DNA of 64,000 nt from Thermoprotei archaeon (GCA_040514375.1 JBEVCI010000010.1:27163-91162); one strand, 5' to 3'. Counted from the first letter of the stretch, positions 9,848 to 19,355 are shown. Notes: generated from the letters alone by a model not told the origin. Numbers and translations are program-made.

Positions 9848-10630
9848 CTAAGTAAGTAGTATATCTAGCGATAACATTACTATGAATCCCAGGAAGAATC
9901 CTAATGTAGCGGGGTTGTCATGTCCATGACCATATATTTCTGGTATTAACTCGTGTACAACTACGTAGGTCATAGCACCAGCCGAGAATGCCATAAGGAA
10001 TGGTAATAGTATATAAGTGAGTTCTGGGAGTATGGTTATGAGTATCCATGGTATATAAGCAGCTAATAACTCCGTGAACCCGCTGAAAACACCTATACCG
10101 AGAGACTTGGATCTACTACGGGATACTGTATAATAGGGTAGTGCTACCGCGAAACCCTCTGGTACATCCTGGATTCCGATCGCTAGTGCTGTTGTAAACC
10201 CGAGTAATGTGTTCTCGATAATAGTTACTCCAACAGCCATACCCTCTGGGATATTATGGATTATGATAGCAAATACTGTTAATACCATGCGCTTAAACCT
10301 CTTAAACCCTTCTCGGGGACCCTCGTAACCCTTGATAAAATGCGTATGTGGTAAAAACTCGTTAAGCAAATGAATGACTATTACACCAGCTATAAACCCC
10401 GCGTATACGACGTAAAACATACCAGTCTCTAGTGCTGGTAATAATAGACTAGTAAATGTTGCAACAAGCATAACCCCCGCCGAGAAACCAAGTCCGATAT
10501 CGAGTCCCTTCTCACCAATCCTCTTACCTAAAATAACTGGTACTGCACCAAGTGATGTTAGTAGTGCTGGTATTAGTGATAATACTAGAATCCTCAGCGG
10601 TAAGCTAAGAGAGTCCAGATACTCGATCAT
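9848..10630 (-). CDS. zupT: ZIP-family divalent metal transporter (ZupT-like)
   Basis: HNIPEGMAVG and QDVPEGFAV motifs in an 8-TM protein of 260 aa. Confidence 0.8.
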   Translation of the reverse strand: MIEYLDSLSLPLRILVLSLIPALLTSLGAVPVILGKRIGEKGLDIGLGFSAGVMLVATFTSLLLPALETGMFYVVYAGFIAGVIVIHLLNEFLPHTHFIKGYEGPREGFKRFKRMVLTVFAIIIHNIPEGMAVGVTIIENTLLGFTTALAIGIQDVPEGFAVALPYYTVSRSRSKSLGIGVFSGFTELLAAYIPWILITILPELTYILLPFLMAFSAGAMTYVVVHELIPEIYGHGHDNPATLGFFLGFIVMLSLDILLT

Positions 10631-10718
10631 CTTGGTAAACCCGGCTATGATAGCTTAGCGTGTTAATACTCTATAAGCTACGCGCACGTTATTAAAGACA
10701 TGGTATTAGTTCTGGGAA

Positions 10719-11684
10719 TTGGTGTCTATCTTGACGCAAAGTTATAGGGTTTTATGTAGTGGAAGCATTGATGCAGGAGAAGTTGATCTAGGGCTAGTTC
10801 TTAGTGTCTATAACTTTGGTTTCTGGTTTAATGGAGAAACCGGGGTTTTACAGCTTGATATAGGTGGTAAAATCCTAGCTCTCATTGATAGAAACGGTTC
10901 TTACAAAATATACTCCAGCGGTAACGGTAGTGATTGTAGTATTTACGAGGATGAAATCGAGTACCTGCTTGGAATAAACGAGGATTTGAGTAGTTTCCAT
11001 GAAAGAGGTGCTAGTGATCCATTATTGGGTGCTTTTATTAGGAAGTATCGGGGTTGGAGAGTTAGGTCTACTAGTCTCTGGTGGGCACTAGTTATTGGAG
11101 TATGCCAGCAAAACGCTAGTTTTAGACAGGGCTGGACCACGCTATATAATATCGTTAAGGGATATGGCAAGCGCGTTGTATTAGATGGTTATGAGACATA
11201 CCTAGTACCGACACCGCGTGATATAGTTAATAACCCAGAAGTACTAGTGACTGCGAGAACGGGTTATAGGTATAAGACAATCATTGGTATTGCGGAGTGG
11301 TTTCTGGAAAATCCGGGTGTCGAGGAGAAGCTAGTAGATATGGGTTCTAGGAGTATTGAGGAAGAGTTGAAGAGTATTCGTGGAGTCGGATCATATACTG
11401 CGAGATTAGCGCTAATACTCGGTTTTCGCAGGTATGACTTACCACCTATTGATAGGTGGTTACGCAGAATAGCTAGTACGGTATACGGAGTTGACGAGAA
11501 GAGTGTTGAAGAAGAGTGGACTAGGAGGTGGAATAGGTATAGTGGGCTTGCAGCACTAGCAACTACTATAGCACTTGATGCCGAACCCCTCACAAAAGCT
11601 CTTCAACGCATTAGAGAGAATAGATTATTACCAGAAGATACTGGTAAACCAACACCACTCACGCTGTGGAAATACTATAAGTAG
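10719..11684 (+). CDS. HhH-GPD DNA glycosylase (AlkA/Ogg-like)
   Basis: Helix-hairpin-helix LKSIRGVGSYTARLALILGF, followed by PPIDRWLRRI with the expected catalytic Asp. Confidence 0.7.
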   Translation: MVSILTQSYRVLCSGSIDAGEVDLGLVLSVYNFGFWFNGETGVLQLDIGGKILALIDRNGSYKIYSSGNGSDCSIYEDEIEYLLGINEDLSSFHERGASDPLLGAFIRKYRGWRVRSTSLWWALVIGVCQQNASFRQGWTTLYNIVKGYGKRVVLDGYETYLVPTPRDIVNNPEVLVTARTGYRYKTIIGIAEWFLENPGVEEKLVDMGSRSIEEELKSIRGVGSYTARLALILGFRRYDLPPIDRWLRRIASTVYGVDEKSVEEEWTRRWNRYSGLAALATTIALDAEPLTKALQRIRENRLLPEDTGKPTPLTLWKYYK

Positions 11685-11721
11685 TAATATTAATATAGAG
11701 AGTATTATAGTGTGGTGATCC

Positions 11722-12252
11722 TTGACAACTTACTGGTTGTTCTCCGTAACGGAGGAGAACTGGTGGGTTAGCAGGCGCAAGGGTGTTTTCGGTGTACGTG
11801 ATACTTGGAAGTACAAGCCGGTGTACGAGTTAGTAAAACCGGGTGATGCTCTAGTACTATACGTTATCCGTAGAGGAGCTAGGAGATTTGGAGGTAAATT
11901 CGTTGGAATATACCACACAGTCTCGGAGTGGTATCGCGAAGATAGACTACTATGGCCCGACGAAGTTAGAGAAGCTCGCTTAATCTATCCCTGGAGAATA
12001 CGTATAAAAGCTGTTAAAGAAGGCATTGCTGATTACAGGGAGTTACTAGATAAGCTAAGCTTCGTAGCTGATAAGAAAAGACCGCAAATATACCTAATCG
12101 GTACACCAGCTAATGGCGGTAAACCAGTACCAGAGAGAGACGCTAAGACTATAGCGAGGTTTCTCAAACCAATGAAATTCACTAAGTGGGAGCTAGTATA
12201 CTCTCCGTTTAGGTGGTTTAGCGATATTAGAATACAAGCTATATCCTTATAA
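11722..12252 (+). CDS. PUA-like/EVE-domain protein (archaeal COG1673-type), tentative
   Basis: N-terminal YWLFSVTEENW ... GDALVLYV ... FVGIYHTVSEWY pattern is reminiscent of PUA-like EVE folds. No search was run. Confidence 0.4.
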   Translation: MTTYWLFSVTEENWWVSRRKGVFGVRDTWKYKPVYELVKPGDALVLYVIRRGARRFGGKFVGIYHTVSEWYREDRLLWPDEVREARLIYPWRIRIKAVKEGIADYRELLDKLSFVADKKRPQIYLIGTPANGGKPVPERDAKTIARFLKPMKFTKWELVYSPFRWFSDIRIQAISL

Positions 12253-12313
12253 ATATCCTTGTTATTAAGGGGGATTACATAGTAAACACGACTAAGCATG
12301 GTGTACTACTAGA

Positions 12314-13294
12314 GTGGCGCGCTGCAGTATTTGCGGAGAACCAGCAGTATATACTAATAGGCTAACGGGTAAATCCTATTGCAAGAAACACTTCCTAGAA
12401 TACTTTGATAGGAAGATTAGGCGAACTATTAGGAAGTACAAAATGTTCGGACCAAAAGAACACATCGTAGTAGCTACTTCTGGTGGTAAAGACTCTTTAT
12501 CACTACTATACTATCTATACCGTCTCTCACAAAAAGTACCTGGTTGGAGAGTATCAGCACTACTCATAGATGAGGGTATTAGGGGTTACCGAGAATACAC
12601 AATAACTGATTTCAAAAAACTAGTAGATAAACTGGGTATTCCCTATAGGATTGTTAGGTTTAAGGATGTATTCGGGTATACGCTAGACGAGATATTCAGA
12701 ATAGGGCGTGAAAAGGGATTACCATATCTACCGTGTAGTTACTGCGGTGTTTTCCGGAGATACCTCCTCAATAAAACTGCGCGAGAAATGAATGGAACCG
12801 TACTAGCTACTGCGCACAACCTAGACGATACTGTGCAGACATTCCTAATGAATGTTATACGTAACAGCTGGGATAGAGTAGTACGGCAGGGACCCGTAAC
12901 TGGCGTACTCGAACACCCAAAGTTCGTTAAACGTGTAAAACCATTTATAGAAGTCCCCGAGAAGGAAACAGCTACATATGCTCTCCTAAACGGGCTCGTG
13001 ACACCAGAATTTTACGAATGCCCCTATATACAGTATAACATGAGGATCTACATTAGGAGGTATGTAAACGAGCTTGAAGAGAAATACCCTGGTACGAAGT
13101 ACTCGCTACTACGCTCAATGCTGAGTATTATCGATATGTTAAAGGACAGGGTACAAGCTGGTGAGATACAGTCCTGTAAAATATGTGGAGAACCCTCTTC
13201 ACACCCAATATGTCGCACATGCTATTATCGATACAAGCTAGGATTACTAAAACCCGAGGAAGAAGAAATAGCTAGGAAATACATTAGGGAATAA
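12314..13294 (+). CDS. ttuA: tRNA 2-thiolation PP-loop ATPase (TtuA/NcsA/Ctu1 family)
   Basis: PP-loop SGGKDS, an N-terminal CSICG...CKKH zinc finger, a C-terminal CKICG...CRTC zinc finger, and central CSYCG plus a later Cys as Fe-S ligands. Confidence 0.8.
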   Translation: MARCSICGEPAVYTNRLTGKSYCKKHFLEYFDRKIRRTIRKYKMFGPKEHIVVATSGGKDSLSLLYYLYRLSQKVPGWRVSALLIDEGIRGYREYTITDFKKLVDKLGIPYRIVRFKDVFGYTLDEIFRIGREKGLPYLPCSYCGVFRRYLLNKTAREMNGTVLATAHNLDDTVQTFLMNVIRNSWDRVVRQGPVTGVLEHPKFVKRVKPFIEVPEKETATYALLNGLVTPEFYECPYIQYNMRIYIRRYVNELEEKYPGTKYSLLRSMLSIIDMLKDRVQAGEIQSCKICGEPSSHPICRTCYYRYKLGLLKPEEEEIARKYIRE

Positions 13295-13371
13295 CGCGAT
13301 CAGAGAATCGTTTTAAACCCTGAGGCACAAGATCTATTTTAGTTTAACCAAGTAGATCAGGGGCTTAAGGG

Positions 13372-14034
13372 TTGCAGCTAGCCCTTGAGTTCATGTATGC
13401 TACTGTACTCTTCTTCTGGGTTCTATTCATAGTATATCCGGTTACACGCTTTCTATATAACTGGATGGTTAAACGCGGTATTTCTCATGTTAAAGCCGTG
13501 TATTATAACCGGAAGATTATCCACATGGCTACTGGTGGATTCATAGCACTACTGGTACCGTTTCTATTTGAAACCCCATATGCGATCATACCCATGGTTG
13601 CTATACTCGCTGTTTTAACATACATACCGCATAGAACGGGTAAGTTGCTCTACTGGTTTCAGACAGAGGATAACATGTACGAAGTACACTTTATTATATC
13701 GTGGGGAGTAGTAATGACTCTCGCATGGCTATTATTCAATGGTAATTGGTGGTACGGAGTTATACCAGTAGCTTTTATGTCGTTTGGTGATGGAGTTACT
13801 GGTATTGTCCGCAACATCCTCTATAACAAGAGGACTAAAGCTTGGATCGGAAACCTAGCTATGGCTTGTGTAGCAATACCACTAGGATACGCAGTATTCG
13901 GAGTAATTGGTGGAATAGCGGGACTAGTAGCTAGTATAGTTGAACACTTCGAATCCAACCCAATAGACGATAATATAACAGTACCACTGATAAGCTTCCT
14001 AATAATAGTAATAGGTGAACACCTAATACCATAG
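13372..14034 (+). CDS. polytopic membrane protein, possibly CTP-dependent polyprenol (dolichol/phytol) kinase family
   Basis: About 6-7 TM helices. The FGDGVTGIVRN motif resembles the GDG(x)A/G(x)IVG motif of dolichol/phytol kinases. Confidence 0.35.
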   Translation: MQLALEFMYATVLFFWVLFIVYPVTRFLYNWMVKRGISHVKAVYYNRKIIHMATGGFIALLVPFLFETPYAIIPMVAILAVLTYIPHRTGKLLYWFQTEDNMYEVHFIISWGVVMTLAWLLFNGNWWYGVIPVAFMSFGDGVTGIVRNILYNKRTKAWIGNLAMACVAIPLGYAVFGVIGGIAGLVASIVEHFESNPIDDNITVPLISFLIIVIGEHLIP

Positions 14035-14335
14035 CCTGGGAGCCTATATAGCCAGCTATACTTTCTCCACACCCTTACAGATCTCCTTGATTATTAAGTC
14101 AGAGTCGAGCACTAAGTAAACAGCAAGAATAATACAAGTAGATTATTAAACCAACATGTTCCTTGAAAAAGGCTACACGGAGTATTATATATTCGGCGAG
14201 AGATTAGTGCTTGTGTATTTTATCCAGTAAATTAAACCTATCCCCCTAGCCAGCAAAATAGCCATTGGCATATCTGTTTTCTACGACACCATTTTCCCGT
14301 CTCACATATAGGCACCTATATTACTTGTTACTCCT

Positions 14336-14346
14336 AATATTATAAT
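14336..14346 (+). promoter_or_regulatory. TATA-box candidate for the subtilisin gene (probably a leaderless mRNA)
   Basis: AATATTATAAT is centred about 26 nt upstream of the ATG at 14367, the usual archaeal TATA-to-TSS spacing. Confidence 0.4.
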
Positions 14347-14366
14347 GTTAGAGGCGATTCTCAGCT

Positions 14367-15656
14367 ATGTGTAGATCTGGTATACTAGCCCTAATCCTAG
14401 TAGTCGCTATAATGCTGTCAATAACAACTGCTCTAGCCCACACGCCAGATACTACCAAGATTAGAGTAATTGTCGGTGTTAAGCACGACTACGACTTCGC
14501 TAAGGCTAGAGCAGAGCTTACAAAGCTCGGTACTGTGGTTAACGAGATATCCCAGATCAGAGCAATCGTTCTAGAAGTACCTAGGGTAGCTTTCGAGCAT
14601 ATCAAGAACATGCCGTTTGTGAGGTACGTCGAGGAGGACAAGATCGTTATAGCGTATCGGGGACCACCAATCACGCCACCGGGCAAATCCGGTGAATCAA
14701 CAACACAGAACTACGAGTTTGACTGGAACGAGAAGATGATAAATGCTACAGATGTATGGGCTGAGTACAATAGCACCTACGGTGATGCTGCTTACGGCTA
14801 TCACGCAGTAATACAGGTAGCTGTTGTCGATACCGGTATAGACTACGATCACCCAGACTTAGAGGGTGCTGTTACATGGTGTTTCACAACATACTACACT
14901 AGGGGGAAAGCAGCGTTCTACTCGATCTACGAAGGCACCGATGTTAGCAACTGTGATGATAAGAATGATCATGGAACACATGTTGCAGGCATAATCGCTG
15001 CTAGACTCAATGATGCTGGCGTCGCTGGTGTAGCACCCAAAGTAGTTCTCTACGCAATCAGAGTACTCCTACCAGATGGAACCGGCTACGTAAGCGACGT
15101 CGCTCAGGGCATCAGTGAGGCTGTTGATGGACCCGACAACACCCCCGGTACCGAGGACGACGCTGATGTAATCTCCATGTCTCTAGGAGGACCAGATAGC
15201 CAGACGCTCTACGAGGCAGTAAAGTACGCTTACAGCTACGGTGTTGTACTGGTGGCTGCTGCTGGTAACGAGGGTGCTGACCAACCATCCTATCCAGCAG
15301 CCTATTCAGAGGTCATAGCTGTTGGTGCGATCGACCAGAACTACCAGGTTCCCGATTGGAGCAACAGGAACCCAGATGTAGTAGCACCCGGAGTAGATGT
15401 GATGTCAACGATACCAGACGGTGGATACGATACTATGAGTGGTACTTCTATGGCTTGTCCACACGTATCGGGTACAGTAGCACTAATACAAGCACTCAGA
15501 CTAGCAGCGGGATTATCCAAGTTGACACCAGATGAGGTAATGCAGTTGCTCAGAAACACAGCAATAGACTTAGGAGACCCAGGGTACGACTCACTCTACG
15601 GCTACGGATTAGTAGACGCCTACGCAGCCGTTAAAGTAGCGCTAGGACAAGGGTAG
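14367..15656 (+). CDS. secreted subtilisin-like serine protease (peptidase S8) with an I9-type propeptide
   Basis: Signal peptide, a propeptide-like segment (KIRVIVGVKHDYDF...VRYVEEDKIV), and the catalytic triad motifs VVDTGID, HGTHVAG and GTSMACPHVSG. Confidence 0.9.
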   Translation: MCRSGILALILVVAIMLSITTALAHTPDTTKIRVIVGVKHDYDFAKARAELTKLGTVVNEISQIRAIVLEVPRVAFEHIKNMPFVRYVEEDKIVIAYRGPPITPPGKSGESTTQNYEFDWNEKMINATDVWAEYNSTYGDAAYGYHAVIQVAVVDTGIDYDHPDLEGAVTWCFTTYYTRGKAAFYSIYEGTDVSNCDDKNDHGTHVAGIIAARLNDAGVAGVAPKVVLYAIRVLLPDGTGYVSDVAQGISEAVDGPDNTPGTEDDADVISMSLGGPDSQTLYEAVKYAYSYGVVLVAAAGNEGADQPSYPAAYSEVIAVGAIDQNYQVPDWSNRNPDVVAPGVDVMSTIPDGGYDTMSGTSMACPHVSGTVALIQALRLAAGLSKLTPDEVMQLLRNTAIDLGDPGYDSLYGYGLVDAYAAVKVALGQG

Positions 15657-15846
15657 TAAATAGTGAACTAACCGGAAAGTAATCGCGTTCAACATAAATA
15701 TTGTTACAATATTTTTCCCTACCTCCTACTTCTGTTTTGATGGAAACGGGAAACTGCAAAGGAGATCCTCCTCTAAGTCTTAGTAGTATATATGGTTTGC
15801 GAATGCTAGTAAACCCATGATTATTCAGGTAGTGCTTTTCGCGGTT

Positions 15847-16461
15847 TCCCTGTGGATAGTGTTAGACTCGAACACGTGGTTAAAATTGTTGAAGAGTACA
15901 GCCCTAACTAAGTAGTTTACATCGAAATGCTGGACGACTACCCTCAGAGGCTTGTATATCAGCGCGATCACGTAGTTTTCCTCCTCCAGCTCTAGAAACC
16001 CCAGAAGGAAACATAACTATAGCGCTCATGGAAGACGGGATGTACTTCATAATGTTCGAGGATAAAGTCTCTGGATGAGACAACAAGATTCCTTCTACAG
16101 ATCTATGAGGAGCCCTCAATGCCGTCAGAAAATATATTGGTCGAGAGGACGTAGAAGCACCACTTCTTGTCAATCCCACGTTTAGCCTCCCTATATTGGA
16201 CCCTAGCGGTGAGATATACCTAGTGCTAAACCCCATAGAGGGAACCTTGGTGATACACCCCTGAACCACGTGCGTAGTATAGAGATCTCGAGGGGATCCT
16301 TCTTCTCTCCTACACCAAAGATGAGGATAGGGTATGTGGATCCAGCTACTGGTGAAGTACAACGTGTTGAGTATAGTAGGATACGCACTAAGGAGCTAGC
16401 CGAGAAGTTCTATAGAGCTTTAATCGAGGTTCTCGGAACTTCGAAGAAAAACAATCACTAA
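15847..16461 (+). pseudogene. possible decayed gene of unknown family (protein-like fragments spread over three frames)
   Basis: Same-strand fragments: FPVDSVRLEHVVKIVEEYSPN*, VYIEMLDDYPQRLVYQRDHVVFLLQL*, MEDGMYFIMFEDKVSG*, EDVEAPLLVNPTFSLPILDPSGEIYLVLNPIEGTLVIHP*, and RIGYVDPATGEVQRVEYSRIRTKELAEKFYRALIEVLG. Confidence 0.3.
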
Positions 16462-16595
16462 TTACTTTATCGATATTTTCGAAGTTCCGAGGCGAGATAC
16501 CGTATCCTATCATAGCCCATGTACCGTGAGTACTGTAACTCTAGAAACTGCTCATTAAAAATGTTGCTGAATCGAATAGAGCTCTGGAAATACAT

Positions 16596-17492
16596 TTATT
16601 GAAGTAATGAGTCTACGGATATCAGGTTCTTCGGTATTGATGCACGAACACCTTTAGCCGGATCAACAGCTTGGTTTATTCTTAGATCCACAGCTAGGCT
16701 TGCAAGCATGTATGCATCTTCAAAGCTTAGTGAGTGTTCTCTCATAAGTGCTTCCACAGCTACTTCTGTAGCTTTACGAGCAGCTTCATCGAGATCCTCG
16801 CCGTAACCGATTACATGTATATGGCTCGAAGTCTCGACTATTGGAAGCATAGGCTTCTTTCTCTTGATTAGCCCCAGCCTAACGGTGACACGACCTGAAA
16901 CCTCTGCAGCTGCTACGCAGATTTCTCCATCTGCTTGAAGTGCATGGAGATCCCCAATCGCTAGCAATGCACCCTCTACGAATACCGGTAGGTATACTCG
17001 TGCACCCTTCGTGATCTCGGCAACATCCATGTTTCCACCATGGGCTCCCGAGGTACCCGTCGGTATAGTACCGCTCTGTGGCGAAACACCTATCACTCCT
17101 ATCATCGGCTTGATCACAAGTTTAATCCCATTGAACACTATACAGCCTCTGGATATAGGTAGGATCCTTATCCTAGGTCTGAACTCTCTATGACCTAGAA
17201 CTCCCGCACCCGGAATCGTGGCTATGACTGCACGCTCACCAACCTCTATATCGAGTATGTCTACAACTAGTGTATCTCCAGGCTCAGCGCCTTCAACATA
17301 GAGTGGCCCCGTAGCTGGATTCACGCGACTCCAGTCTATACTCGATAGAGGTGTATCCTCGTTCTTTACTTGGCCTCCAAACGCATCTAGGGTCTCGAAG
17401 ACCACTATCTCTCCTGGAGAAGCTCTTTCAACGGGCTCGTTATCGGGACTGAAGCTATAGATAACACGGCTACTCGGAATCTTCTTGATCAT
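16596..17492 (-). CDS. acetamidase/formamidase-family amidohydrolase
   Basis: 298 aa. The blocks GEIVVFETLDAFGGQ, GPLYVEGAEPGDTLVVDILDIEV and GGNMDV are typical of the FmdA/AmdA family. Confidence 0.75.
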   Translation of the reverse strand: MIKKIPSSRVIYSFSPDNEPVERASPGEIVVFETLDAFGGQVKNEDTPLSSIDWSRVNPATGPLYVEGAEPGDTLVVDILDIEVGERAVIATIPGAGVLGHREFRPRIRILPISRGCIVFNGIKLVIKPMIGVIGVSPQSGTIPTGTSGAHGGNMDVAEITKGARVYLPVFVEGALLAIGDLHALQADGEICVAAAEVSGRVTVRLGLIKRKKPMLPIVETSSHIHVIGYGEDLDEAARKATEVAVEALMREHSLSFEDAYMLASLAVDLRINQAVDPAKGVRASIPKNLISVDSLLQ

Positions 17493-17583
17493 AGCTAACC
17501 CCCAGAATAGCGATTATATCGTATAGAGTTTAAATTATGTGTCTCATAAGTATCGTAAAGAAGTGGAAAATAGAGTGTTCCAG

Positions 17584-17790
17584 CTAGAACCTCACGAACT
17601 TCTCTCTAGGTAGTCCACAGATCGGATAGCGCTCTGGTGCTTCCTTACCTACATGAGTATAGCCACATACCGGGCATACCCATACATCGCCTTCAATCTA
17701 CCAACCCTTGCCCTCATTTACAGACTTCTTCGCCTCTATGAGAACAGTTTACGTGACAGCTTGGACTCTTCATCTATCAAGGTTTTGAAG
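17584..17790 (-). pseudogene. rubrerythrin C-terminal remnant (rubredoxin-like domain) with an in-frame stop and frameshift
   Basis: The minus-strand translation reads LIDEESKLSRKLFS* / [53 protein letters not shown]. The second CxxC pair is degraded to YPIC. No upstream diiron domain ORF exists. Confidence 0.6.
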
Positions 17791-18422
17791 TTATATATGT
17801 ATAGATTGTTGATCGTCATAGACTGAACGCCTACTACCACCATTGCTAAATACGTTTAGCATAGCCTTAATGTCTTTACAAAATAACCCCCAATGTGTAT
17901 TATGATATTAACCGTGTATAGTTCTCGCACTATGTAGATAAGTTAGTCCGTTACGAGATAATGAAAATTGTCGACTACTTGGAGGAAGGTTATTCCACGG
18001 GCTTCCTATGTTGCTAAAGCTTTATTTTAACGGTGTTGGGGAAACATATTAGAACAAGTAGCTTACGGGAAGGAATAGATGAGCGGCTATGTAACGAACT
18101 TCGTTAAGGTACTTCCTAGTAAAGATACTATTGCAGCCTATAGGATAACGGGTAAAGTGAATCTAGGAGTATTAGCTGGGATAATTAATAGGTATGCTGA
18201 AGGTTTAGTAGCTTCATTCCTATCCACAGACTATGGAGGAGGCTTGAGAGCAGGAAAGTAGATCTGCTCGTAGTGTTTCGGTAGGATTAAATGCTCTTAA
18301 TATAGAGTATTATCAAATTGATGATCCATGTTTCATGTTTCCGCGTATCTTCATAAAACACGATTCTATAGTGTAATAAGCCCGTTAAGCCGGTATTTTA
18401 CAAAACTCTTTACGAAGCTGTT

Positions 18423-19355
18423 TTATAGTCCTAGTATTGCTTTTATTAGTGCCATTCTCATGTATAGTCCGTTTCTTGTTTGTTCGAAGTATATTGCTTG
18501 TGGTAATACATCAACGTCTGGCGTTAATTCCCATACACGTGGTAGTGGATGCATTATAAGTGGTATTCTCTTGAATTGTTTGAGGTATTCGTAGGTGATC
18601 TTATAGCTACCTTTTAGTCTCTCGTAATCTTCTGGTTTCATTCTCTCTTTCTGTAGTCTCGTCACATATAATACGTCTAGCTTCTCAATAACTTTCTCGG
18701 GTTTCTCGTGTAACTCATACTTGACTTTCCTCTGATCAAGGACTTTTAATACCTCTTCACGGGGACTGAGGTCTTTTGGCGAAATATAGTGTATCTCTAT
18801 GTCGTAGAAGTTCGATAATAGGTATGAGAGGCTTGAAATAGTTCTACCATACCTGAGATCACCCATTATACCAATACGTAGTCCATCGATCCTACCGAGT
18901 GCTCTCCATATAGTATAGACATCTAGGAGTGCTTGTGTCGGGTGTTCGTTATACCCATCACCAGCATTTATAACTGGAGCTCTACAGATCTCGGCAGCTT
19001 TCTTAGCAAATCCTGGTTCGCGGTGTCTAACAACTATGAGGTCAGGATCATAGCTATCAATAGTCCTGAGCGTATCCTCCGGTGTCTCGCCCTTAGCTAT
19101 ACTAGTAACCGCTTCGGGCCCCAGATCGATCACAGAGCCTCCCAGCTTAGTCATTGCAAACTGGAAACTAAGCCTAGTCCTAGTACTTGGTTCGAAGAAC
19201 GCTGTAAACATGATCCTGCCGCGAGCAATATCTAGTCTCTCGCCCTTCTCATATATTCGCCTAAGCTCTTCAGCAAGAGAGATAAGATACTCTATATCAC
19301 TCCGTTTAAACTGGAGAGCAGATACTATATCCATACCCTTAAGCAAACCAAACAC
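18423..19355 (-). CDS. pyrB: aspartate carbamoyltransferase catalytic subunit
   Basis: STRTRLSF carbamoyl-phosphate motif, HPTQALLD, and the HPLPR motif, in a 310-aa protein. Confidence 0.9.
   Translation of the reverse strand: MFGLLKGMDIVSALQFKRSDIEYLISLAEELRRIYEKGERLDIARGRIMFTAFFEPSTRTRLSFQFAMTKLGGSVIDLGPEAVTSIAKGETPEDTLRTIDSYDPDLIVVRHREPGFAKKAAEICRAPVINAGDGYNEHPTQALLDVYTIWRALGRIDGLRIGIMGDLRYGRTISSLSYLLSNFYDIEIHYISPKDLSPREEVLKVLDQRKVKYELHEKPEKVIEKLDVLYVTRLQKERMKPEDYERLKGSYKITYEYLKQFKRIPLIMHPLPRVWELTPDVDVLPQAIYFEQTRNGLYMRMALIKAILGL

Noticed and set aside
10651-10680. Inverted repeat TAGCTTA-N16-TAAGCTA between zupT and the glycosylase gene
   Set aside because: 7-bp arms with a long spacer in AT-rich promoter DNA are expected by chance fairly often, and the repeat matches no known operator.
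15904-16388. Minus-strand ORFs 15904..16362 and 16203..16388
   Set aside because: Their composition is unlike the real proteins here (Ser/Arg/Gly/Pro-rich). The plus-strand fragments look more protein-like, so the region is treated as a decayed plus-strand gene.
18079-18261. 60-aa plus-strand ORF (MSGYVTNFVKVLPSK...) between the rubrerythrin remnant and pyrB
   Set aside because: No motif and only a weak ribosome-binding site. It lies in the decay zone opposite the possible pyrI remnants. It is kept as unsupported rather than annotated.
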